NCBI GenBank assembly: GCA_032718475.1
Contig: JAUCBJ010003246.1
Location: 1-41,488, forward strand
Length of the DNA: 41,488 nucleotides
Direction of reading: 5' to 3'
Source: Nemertoderma westbladi
Taxonomy: Eukaryota; Animalia; Xenacoelomorpha
The notes beneath the pieces are model-generated. The model ran no database searches. It was not told the DNA's origin and saw only the letters and a program-made list of their open reading frames with translations. Shown in pieces: positions 24,701 through 36,700 of the stretch (positions within the stretch are counted from its first letter, which is position 1; each line of letters starts with the position of its first letter). The position numbers and the translations under genes are program-made.

Positions 24701-27700
24701 TATAGTGCTGTATGTCTGAATGTATATAGTGCTGTATGTCTGTATGTATATAGTGCTGTATGTCTGTATGTATATAGTGCTGTATGTCTGTATGTATATA
24801 GTGCTGTATGTCTGTATGTATATAGTGCTGTATGTCTGTATGTATATAGTGCTGTACCTGTAATATGTATGGTAATGATGCAGTAAGTAGTACCTGTAAT
24901 GTATGGTAGATTATGTATGTATATAGTGCTGTATGTCTGTATGTATAAAGTGCTGTATGTCTGTATGTATATAGTGCTGTACCTGTAATATGTATGGTAC
25001 TGGTACAGTAAGTAGTACCTGTAATGTATGGATTACTACGTATGTATGTATAGTGCTGTCTGTATGTACTGTATGGTACGGTACAGTAAGTAGTACCTGT
25101 AATGTATGGAATAGTACGTATGTATGTATAGTGCTGTCTGTATGTACTGTATGGTACTGGTACAGTAAGTCCTCCGCTATTTTTGCCGAGTCAGCTCTCG
25201 GGGCAAATACCGCACCCTGGTTTGCCATTCCATAGGGTGGGTGTCGTAGTGGGGTCAGATATAGGGCCCATCACCCAGACCTACTATGAAGCACATAAAC
25301 CAGCATTGGTTGGCCTATCATGCACAGTTCATCTGCTGGGCCATCCCCTGTACCACTGCTGCCAGGGCAGGTTGCAGTGGAGCGCACTCAAATTGAAAAT
25401 GAGTGCGCTATACCCCTGGCCGGCCATTATTATGTTACCATCTGACTGTTCAGGCCATAAAACCCTGCAGCCAAGTGTAAGATATAGGACCAATAGGGGA
25501 GACCCTATCCCAGAACGATTTTTATTTATTTATTTCATAAAAATCGGACAGGCCGACAGTTTAAAATACGTCAAACAAACACACAATTTACAAGTTAAAA
25601 TCCTCAGTAGGTAGGCTAATTAGCTACTAAATCATACATCAATTTAGATCTATTGATCAATAACTTAAATCACATTGATTTGATACACCAAAGTAGTTGA
25701 GTATATAATGGCGTCTCCTTGCAAGTGGGAGAGACAGTTTGTGGCACTGGTCAATAAAAGAGGCGTCCATTCTATCCTTGATGGATGGTTCTCCGGGAGC
25801 CACCCTCGACAATATACTTTTGAGTGAGTATTTCATCGTTGCCAGTGAACTCAAGTAGGGAAGTGAGAATCTCGCAGATGCTTTAGCGTATATGCTGCCA
25901 AGACCAATGTAATTGCTGCCACTACTGGTAACATTGCGTATGAGGGTGATGCCGAGCCCAGAGTTCAAGCTTGTATTTGGGCAGCTCCGCAAGCTCATGA
26001 TTGTCCGAATAGAGGACCTGAACACATCATTGGCAAATATACTACCATTAAATAGCAAATATACGGTGGAGTTACTGGCATATCGCCCAATACATAACAA
26101 ACCCCTTAGGAGCCTCCTATAATGAATTTCCAGGATTTCAATCTGCGATTGTGATAGGGCACCAAGAAGGAATTTAAGTCTATATAAAATCGAGGGCACG
26201 CCCACAGCCTTCCACAATCTAACCACTGTCTTGCAGTCCAACCACTTAACGGTCCATGATTTCCTGCGGAAAATTGCATGGACCACCGACATAGTCCTTA
26301 TGCAGTATTTTAGAGCATCCTGTTTCTTTACGGCAAGGTTGAATCCGAGGAATACCAACTCTTTCGCTTAGGTATGAGAGTATTATTTAACACCAGAAAT
26401 GCTGGATGCTTTGATGTTGAGCTGTATACCCACTTCGTCTTGGATTTTTCAATATCTAATCCAATTTTCTTAGTTTCCTCGGATATGATTCTCACCATAT
26501 ATTGCATCTCTAAACCAGTGGAGGCAAGTAACAGAAAGTCATCGGCGTAGCTTAATGCACCTAGCCACGTGCTATCAATATTACAGCCAACTCCTTTTGA
26601 TTGCAACTCATTCAAAATAGAGGCAGTGAATATGTTGAACAAGATAGGTGATAGAACGGATCCTTGTTTTACTCCTTAGCACCGAATAGCAACGAATAGC
26701 ACCTGTAATGTATGGCACACTAAGTGTAATATATGGCACTGTACTTACTACCTATACTGTATGGTACATACAGTACCTGTAGTGTTTTGTATATTATAAC
26801 TTTTATAACTAGCATTGAAACATTTAGAAATATTTTGAAACAGAAAATTAACAGGTAGATTTTGATTTTTCAATAGGAAGCCAATTGCTGGAAGGATCGT
26901 ATACTTCTAATTTGACAAAATTGCCGTACCGCCTAATAAATCAGTAAAAAGCTTCAAAAGTTATCATTTTGATCACTATTCAGAATTACAAATAATTTTC
27001 ATAATCCTATTTCTGCTTAGTAGTTTGAGCATTAATCCGAAATCCTTTATAATGAATTTACGTAGCATATTGTCCTTGCTAACATATCTCAAAGTTAGTT
27101 TCGCCTTACACCAAAATCATTTCCTCAACCCGGAAATTAACTACCAGATCACTCTTGATTATAAATTTTAATTTATTTTTATTTTTTAGTTTGTACATTG
27201 CTGTTGTATATTAAAAACCTTCCCACATCAGGTAGAATTATCAAATATACACGAATCTAATCGCACACTGTAAAAATACCCTTTCTAGATTAGACTACAA
27301 CTAACAGCAATCAACACCTACTGTATAATATGGAAACATTTCAATCTCTGGAGGTAGGTGGGGGGTTATGATTGGGGGTAGCATTGGGTAGTGGTGGGGA
27401 GGGGTGTGAATGCTAGCTGGTTAAGGCTTTGACTGTGATCTACTTTTTTTTTTACTGTGGCTGAGTGTTATCACATTTTTTTAGGAGTTGTCACAAATTC
27501 TTGCTTGGACTATAGAACATCCCCAAACTCGGAAAGTTTATAGGTAACTGAGTGATTAGGGGCGCATTTATCTCTGGATGTGCCAGAATTGCAACACGAT
27601 GTAAGTCGATGATGTACGGAATGTATGTATGAAACCTAAACTATATGCGAGTAATATACTTTTCTCACATAGGCTGCAGGCTACCTAGTAATCTAACTTA

Positions 27701-30700
27701 CATTCATAGTACATTGTGGGATCCTCGTTTTGATCACAGCTGTTGTCGAGAGTCCGTAAGGAATGGAGTCCGAAATCGGTAATTTTGCACACAAATCGAG
27801 CATCGACTACACAATTTGATGACTTTAAGTTGCCATGGTAACCGATCACACTGTTGTGTAAATAATGCATTCCCTTTACAGAATGAAAAATGTTTTGTCA
27901 ATAAGTAATGTCCATTTTGATTAATCGAGAAATAGCTGACTATCATTCATTTTATTCCAAAATTGTAACATTACTCAACGCCGTTAGTATTAACAGCGAT
28001 TTGTTATTTACCACTTTACAACTTTTGAGGACATTACAGCATTGTATTGGCCTGTACATTTAGTATTATATTGGTGTTATAATGTGCCTTGTTTATGTGG
28101 TAACCAATGACGGCGATCTGTAAAGTTACTGCGTCATTGGTTACCACGTAAACAATAGGAGGCATTTATAATTAATTGCCTGACAGCCAGATTGGCCTAG
28201 GCCTACTGTATTACTTACCGGTAGCTATTAATAACCAGTAGCTATAAACTAATAACATAGCTCCAAACGCCACCATAAATATAAGCTAATTTATTTATAA
28301 CATAATTGATGTCATTTTTACATTTATTTATACAGCTACTAATTTAATTTGTGCAGTTTCTATCACTTATAATGTATATACAATCATTTCGTAATGTTAA
28401 AATTTTGGAATAAAACTACATACATACTTGTTGCAAAGTACTTTACAGTGTTCTGATCCTCGTGGCTTTATTTTCACTCACTCACTAACGTCGTTCGTTT
28501 AACAAAGCCACTCGGATCATCACACTGTAAAGTGCTACTTTACACACAAGTATGTAAATAGTTATTACAGTTACAGTACAGTTAAAATTATTCAGGCAGT
28601 AAATTAAATACCACTGCAAACCCAGTTAATCCTAATACAATAATAAATTGGCAAAAATATTATTTTAGTTCAGTTGTATTCATAATTTTATGTCTTAAAT
28701 TAACTAATTGGTATATATTCAGCTTCAATGTAACACTACAGTTTGTCTACCTCGGCATTTATTACAGGAAACAGAAGCAGCAAGGCAAATATGACTACGC
28801 CATTGTTCGTAAAATAGCACTTTATAATGTTACGGCACAAGTTGTTTTTTTAACACTAGAGAACATTAGATTAATTCCATACAAATAAATAAAATAATAA
28901 ATAAACTTACCTTGGCAATATCCTGCATTAAGGAATACTTAAACACCCAGTCGAGATTAATTCCATACAAATAAATAAAATAATAAATAAACTTACTACT
29001 ACTACTAGGTCGAGCGAACTCGGACAGTGGAAATGAGATCCTTCCAGGCTTCCCGATTCTCCATAGTTGTCGCAATTTCGTTTCTCCCAAGTTCAGTATC
29101 CCTTTCAAGTTGATCTATATATGTTATGGCAGGTCGTCCACGACTACGCTTTCCATGAGTTGGTTGCCAGAAAAGTAGATCTGGTATGACCTCGTCTTTA
29201 CTTCGCCAGCAGTGCCCACTGAATCTTAATCTGCGTTCACGGAGGGTGATTGATACAGGTGTACCATAAAGCTCGGCGTTTGTCATGTGTTGTCTCCAGC
29301 TGATGTTTAGGGCTGCCCTTAGTAGTTTTGTGTAGCAACCATCAATTCGTTGTTCAAGTGATTTAGTCAGCGTCCAGGTCTCACCCCCGTATAAAAATAC
29401 ACTTTCCACTGTGGCTCGAAATAACTTAGTCTTCAGGTGCCTGGAGAGATCTGATTTCCAGATGGTATCCATTTTTGATAGAGCTACCCAAGCCTTTGCT
29501 TTCCTAACTTCTATGTCCTTTTTGCTACTCTCTATCCATGATCCAAGGTACTGGAAGTCATCGACCTTCCTTAGTTGATTATTATCAATGGTTGTCAAGT
29601 TTCCATCAACATTAAAGGTCATGAATTCGGTCTTGGTAGCATTTATATGCAATCCAACCTCCTTAGCAGCCCTCTCCACTTTATTTAGTAGAAGCTGTGC
29701 ATCTGCTAGCGTATTAGAAAGCAGGGCGATGTCATCCGCAAAGTCGGTGTCTGTGACTGCAGTTGCCGGATATCTACTACTTCTGCGTTCTTGAAGTGTG
29801 AATCCCAGATCTTCACCCTTTGTGGCCGTCCTCATTGCGTAATCCAGCACAATTACAAATAGTAATGGTGCCAATGTGTCACCTTGCAGTACGCCAGCCA
29901 GGATTGAGAAAAACTCAGTTTCACCGTCTGGTGAGAGTACCTGCGCTTCTGTGTCACAATATAACAATCCAATGCCAGCAACAATTACTTCTGGTATTCC
30001 ATAAGCTCTTAGGATTTCAAGCATTTTACCTCTATGGATGGAGTCGAATGCCTTCTTGAAGTCCACAAAAGTCATGACTGCGGGGAGATTCTTTGACTTA
30101 ATTCCTTCAATTAGTCTCCGTAGTGCAAGTATCTGAGCTATTGTTGATCTACTTGGTCGAAATCCGTTTTGGCTCTTACGCAGTAGTTTCTCTATGTGAG
30201 GCCTAATCCTATATAGAATCATTTTATTGTATATTTTGGCAGCTACCACAAGCAGACAGATCCCACGATAGTTTGTTGGTATGCCGAGGTCTCCTTTCTT
30301 GGGGAGAGGCTTTAGTTGACCTTTAGTCCAAATTGGTGGTGGCTTTTCCCCTTTTAACATCCGGTTGCAAACATTCAATAATGGTCTGTTTAGCACTCCG
30401 GTTTTCCATACCTCCGCTGGGATTTCATCTAATCCACTCGCTTTATTATTGGACATGCTTTTAATGCTTCTTTGGAGTTCGGCAGGTGTGAAGTCCCCTG
30501 TTTCTATAGGTAGTGTCTTGTCATATATTTCTAAATAATTTATAAATAAACTTACCTTGGCAATATCCTGCATTAAGGAATACTTAAAGACCCAGTCGAG
30601 ATTAATATTCGGATTTTCAAGTATCTCCTGTAAAACAAAGTTAATTAGATTCAAATTATAAGATTATCAACATTCAATTGTGGTATTTATCTAAAACATA

Positions 30701-33700
30701 AGTATTAACAAATAAATTTAGTAGAAGACTGAATAATTTATATAATTCATTAAAGAGAAAATAAAGCATTAAAACCCAAAGTAGATTAGATAGGATACCT
30801 ATTCATTAAATCATAGCTCTACAGTTTTGTAGACCTTACAATCTTACTAACTAATGTATCAGATTACACTATGGCCCGTAATATAGTGTCATTTTCTGAT
30901 GACACGGACCCCCCCCCCCAAGATTTTTCTACAAATCTTTATCATATTGCTTGAAATTTGAAACACAACTAGTTCAACTCGTTGACCCCATGAAGCCGGA
31001 ATTGTCAATTTTGCCTTTAAATTTTTGATAAACGTTTTAAAAATTGCAAGAATTATTGTTCACTGCTGGCCATTTATTATATTTAATAAATACACATTGT
31101 TCTAGAACATTTTGTTTATGTATGAATAGCTACACTGGCCTGTCTGGCGCTGGCCTGACACGTCCTGGAATAGCATGAAATCATGGAATCCTGACATGAT
31201 AACGTCAATGACAATAGATTGGCTCAGAAAGTTATGGCATGGTATTTTAGATAGGGGGGGAAACTGGACGCAATAAAAATTCATCCCTCTCCAGGGGAAA
31301 TTGGACGCAAATAATAGATGATTACTCTCAAAAATTAAACTGTAACCTGTTCTATTGTGTTTAGTTTATTGTTTTGGTTAAAATAACGTGCCACTGTAAC
31401 CTGCTCCTTTCCCTAAATTGAGAATTTAACATTGAGGCGGGATATTAATTCGCCAAGGCGGGTTTTGAATCCAGTTTACCCCCTGTCTCTGGTATTTAGT
31501 TGAAGGTAAAAGTGGCATGTTAGTTCCAGGTCACAGTTTCACCTCTTGCTAATTAGATTCTAGCGTATATTTTTCAGCCCTAATGTATTCCGCCGTATAT
31601 TAATACTAATATTTATCACATATATGGCTTGCCCAAGTCGGAATTATTCATATGAAATCCAAACATACAGTATGTTAATATAACAACCTTGAACAGAATA
31701 TAGATTCAAAGCAGTTGACTGGCTATATCAAAGCCTCTTTATTTGGAGTTTACTTTTGCGCCACAACCTTGAGATAGTAAGAACAACAACTGTGTGTAAT
31801 TGGATTTAATGTGCTAATATGAAAGGCTTTTCAAATCCTTCAAGCAAACATCAAATTACTATAAATGCATTTTATATCCAAAGGTAAAGGTAGGTAGGAA
31901 GCCTGTAGTATCTATTGACATACTTAAACTAGATATGATACATTTTGTGTTATTAATCAATCAACAAATTATTATACCATTTGACTAAATAAATTATAAG
32001 ATACATTATGTGCCAAACTGCTTGCTATTGAGTGCGTTTTTAGCATTGATAATTGGGCTTTATTAACTGTATTTAGGTATATCTTTGTGGGGTGAGCGAC
32101 GAAAGTAAGCGAGCTTAGCATACGGGTACCACTAATTCAATCGGTGTGTCTGTTGTTCTGTTGCTCTGTTGATCTGTTGTGTCCAATTTTAAACGTTAAT
32201 AACTTAGCCAAATTTCGATAAAATATATCCAAACTTGGTACATTTATGTAGTCTGGCAAAAGTTTAGAAATTTTCCAAGTTGAATTTGCGTGGGGTCTTC
32301 GTGCAGCATCTGTGTATCTGTCTTGCAGTTATAATAAATTTATCTATCCAAAAATTATTTAGGCTTGGCATCAGCTGGTTGCTAGGAGACTGTAGGATAT
32401 ATCAAGTGGGTTTGAAATTCAGCAACACCGGTACAATGCAGCAATAATGTGGCCTTGGGAAGTGTGGTACACCCTAGGCCTATTTCACCGTGGAGTCCTG
32501 CAATTGCCTGAGTGATGTCTGAATTGCGATATCGCGACTATTCAGCCATATCATGTACTGGTACGGTACGGTACCTTAATCTTATTAAACATATGTTTTA
32601 CAGTACGGTACCGGTACCGGTACTGTTACAGTGGTACAGAGTTACCGGTACCATCTTCAGGTCGCTGGCGCCACCCGCCAATCATGCTCGGCAACAGCAA
32701 CCATGGAAGTTTTGAAATTATGCGGACTTAAGACAGACTGACATAGTGTCAGGTTGTACCAGCTGACCTTTATTCCATGTTCCGGTATCCACTACTGCAC
32801 TAGATACCACAACAGCCCAATACTCAATACCCAGCAACGTTTTGGAATTGTACCGGTACTCAAACAACTCGCCATCAAGGCCACTGTCTCTGTCTGTCGC
32901 AGTGTCGTTGGCGACCTCGACTTTTGGTATCGCTACTGCGCTAGCGCTACGGGCAAACTGGACTAACCGATGAACGAGACCCGAGGACTGAAGAATGCAT
33001 TTAATTTTTTGAGTAGTTTGACTGTGGACTTCAATGACATCGATGCCAAGCTGCCAATGCGAAAGTTTTTTTTTAAGTAAAAGTTTGGTTAAATTTTCTT
33101 AATTATTTATTTAAATTTCTTAAGCACCGATTTAGGGATAGAATTGCTCAATTTTAATCTGTATCTAATAACTGACCCTTAGAGATATTGGATAGGAATG
33201 CCGCTGTTGCCCACCTACTCATAAAATAAATATCACATTCTAGAATTTTGTGTATTTTTACTAAATAGAACAAATGGCTTACAGCGAATGGTACATATCT
33301 CAGCTGTTTCTTAACGAAATACAGACATTGTTACACATTTGGAATCCTTGTAACGCAAGCTTTCTATTGATATGAAAAAAATTACGACTAATGTGAAGAA
33401 TGGCAATGATAGGATGAGTGCAATTTCGCAAAAGAGACTTATTTAAAACACTTATAAAAAAAATTGAAAGGCAAAATCGAAAATTCCGGCTTCATGGGGT
33501 CAACGACCACGGTGAGTTGAACTAGTTGTGTTTCAAATTTCAAGCAATATGTTAACAATTTGTAGAACAATTGGGGGGGGGGGGGGGGGGGGGGTCCGTC
33601 CGGTTCACTATATTACGGGTCATGGTGTGCTTTGAGTGATTTTTCAGTTTAATGTAGGATTATCACTAGAATCGTTGTCATATTGTGGGGAATTTAGAAC

Positions 33701-36700
33701 TTCCTTCTTATAAAAGAAACAGTGAAAGACTAACTCTAATCTACTCTTATCAGTTGTAAAGAGTAAGTAGCAAAGAGCAAGCAATATCAGCCCAAATTAT
33801 CGAATTTAAAGAATACTAGAATATTGAAATACCTTTAGACTTCCTTTAGGGCAGTATTCTATTATGAGACAACAGTGACCAGGATCAAAGCAGGCGCCAA
33901 TAAGTCGAGCCACATGATCGTGAACCAAATCTTGCATCTGTGATGTTCAGAAACATAGAATTAATATTAAATATGAACAGAGATTTAATACCGTGAACAC
34001 CATATAGTTATTGTTATTTTATTTACTCCCAGTTTCACAATTATTATATTAAATTATGTATTATTCAATTTATTGCATGTCTTTGTGCGGTAAATGTTGA
34101 TGAATAAAAATAAGAATAACTTTTACCATCGCCATCTCTATAAAAAGACAACGCGGTGTTGCTGTCATATATTCAATTCTCAGTATTAAATAGATATGAA
34201 ACGTGTTATAGGGATTCCTTTCCAGTCGAAACTATTATAAATATAAATTTCTTACGTTCTTCAATCCGATTAATATTTGTCGATTTAAATCAACTTTATG
34301 TTGTCGAATTCGTTTAACAGCCACTCGATTGCCCTGCAACAATAATAATAATATTTATTACGGCCGAAAACATATGTTATGCAATGTATTACACTTTGTG
34401 TAGTCTAGCAATTAAAAGTATTTGTAAAGAACTGTCGATTCCAGGTCTAATTCTATAACATATGGGCTATTGGACAAAAGCTCGGATCAATGTGAATCAG
34501 CAAAGGAAGCCAAAGCAAGGTGTAATGGATTTATCGTGCTCTTTAGCACGATAAGCTCCTAAAACGGCTTTGAATCTCTAAAAGTTCCAGGGAGTGCTGT
34601 ATATTTCCGTATTGTTTTGGTTCCCGGCTGACATAAAATATTTCCCACTAGAACACGGTCCTTCAATGACTTGTTATTTACGGACATCCACAACCTTTCT
34701 ATATAGTTCAAAAGCACAGTGATTTCTGTTCTTCCCAAGATGTATATTGCTCCCTTCTGGTATATAAAAATAGTGTACTGTAACACCATAGAAAAACCTC
34801 TGAGATGAGGAAACAGAGAAACCGGGTGAGGGGTGCTTTGGGTCCGTTAGGATCCAAAGTATAGCCTCAAAAATAATCCAAAATATACAGAAAATACAGT
34901 ATTTTTAGTCGTTTCATTATGCTAAAAATATACTGAAAAAATATAATCAAAAAGGTCAATGTTATGGAAAAAAGTCGTAATAAACTTGGTGCAGCTTCAC
35001 GCTATTGGAACTTGGCGATAGTGCAGAACACCAGGTTACCGTCTGAGTCCAAACAGGGGTGGGACCGATTGGACGCAAACGGTTAGCTGTTACACTGCCC
35101 TCATAACTATACGGTCGATCCTGGCGAGCCTGGGATGAACTGTATAGCCAGCGGAGAGAGTGCACAAGCACTACAGTAACTGACAGAGTCGAAGCCTATA
35201 GGGACAGTGCTACTTTGCCCCCAAAACTAAATAGTTGGTCCTGGGACGAACTAAGTAGCCAGTGGACAGAGTGCGCAAGCGCTCTTGGGCTGGTTAGCCA
35301 GTGAAGCTCAGTCCTTTAGGCGGAATCGTCTTACGCTCCTAGCGACCGCGAAGCCTTAATAGGGCCCGGCCCAGGAACAAAGACGCCCTCTACCTTGGAG
35401 CAGAGTCCAGTTTAGCTGCAGCGGCGGCCATCTGTTAGGCTGGTTGTAGGGACTCACGTTTCCACCAAAATACGGCCTCTTTTAAACCCGGTGTGGGGTC
35501 GATATGAAGTTGACCCCTAATTATCACCTAAACAGAGTTTGTCTTTCCAGTGCAAGGATTTTACGTTCAATCTATGTAAAAATATGATTAACACATTGTA
35601 TGATTGATTGACCAATAATCAATTATAAGCAGCAGCTTGGTCTAGTGGTGACATTACTAGGCTTCCGATTAGGGAGCACTGGTTCGATCCCTAGATTGGG
35701 CAGCACTGTTTGGGCACAGTGCTTTAAATGCTGCAGCCTAGCCCAACCCCGGCTTTCATCCTTCAGTGGTCGATAAATGGGAACCAAGGCAACTTCGGAA
35801 ACAGAGTGGAAGGGTGTACTGTGGAAGATCACCCATGGTGGTGAACAGGCATTCCTTGGCTTAACGAGCCTAAAAGAGTCTCCCATTCAATAATCAATTA
35901 TTAAGGAAAGGCTATAGAGTTATGAAGGTGACCAATTATTCCTTTGCTATCAACTGGGTAACTGGGTGATGATGATTGTTATGTGAGGTTGGCGTGGTGA
36001 GTGCCAATGAGAGAAAGGAAGAAGGTGGTTGCCTCCTTTATTGGATTGGAATGATTCACGGGGGAGTAGCCGGTAATATTGGTTAGATATTGTGGGTGAG
36101 GCCGGCTAAGGATGTCTGGGGTGGAAATACGTCGGGATATTGGATATATTTAGAGAGAAATATTACGGTGGGAGAAGGGAAAAAAGGGATTAATTGTGTA
36201 GTGATTATTGCATTTTTAAAATTAGGATCCCGACGGAATGTATTTTTTATGTTTGCCTACGGAGGCGCGAAAAAATCGATTACACCCGGCTCGGCGGTCT
36301 TCTTCTCACAGTGCCTTTGCGGCGTTTCTAGTGTTGAAGTTTGTTTGCCGAGCTTATCTCCACAACCAAAGAGCAATTTCAAGTGTCAGTCATTTCCAAT
36401 GTAAAATTCAGTTCAATAATTTTCCATGATAATCACTCCCCTACAGCTGTAAAGTAAACAACATTCTTTATTGTATAATATCAGCTGTAATGTGAATTTT
36501 TGCACTCCAGAGTTGTAACATAAGAATGGATGGTAAAGCCGATGGCCTTCTATCTGACACCATTATTTTTAAATGTACATCCTTAAATCATTAAACCAAT
36601 CATTTTCTATAATTATATCTGAAATCTACCTTTTAGACTCACCTTGTAATAGGCCGTTCCAATATACCAATTATTGCTAAATGACATGTGAGAGAATTCG

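Noticed and set aside
27800-27845. Missing catalytic Asp (HGN) as a novelty
   Set aside because: Standard for receptor guanylate cyclase kinase-homology domains
35631-35700. tRNA gene
   Set aside because: The A/B boxes are followed by a SINE core and flanked by a TSD; no clean acceptor stem
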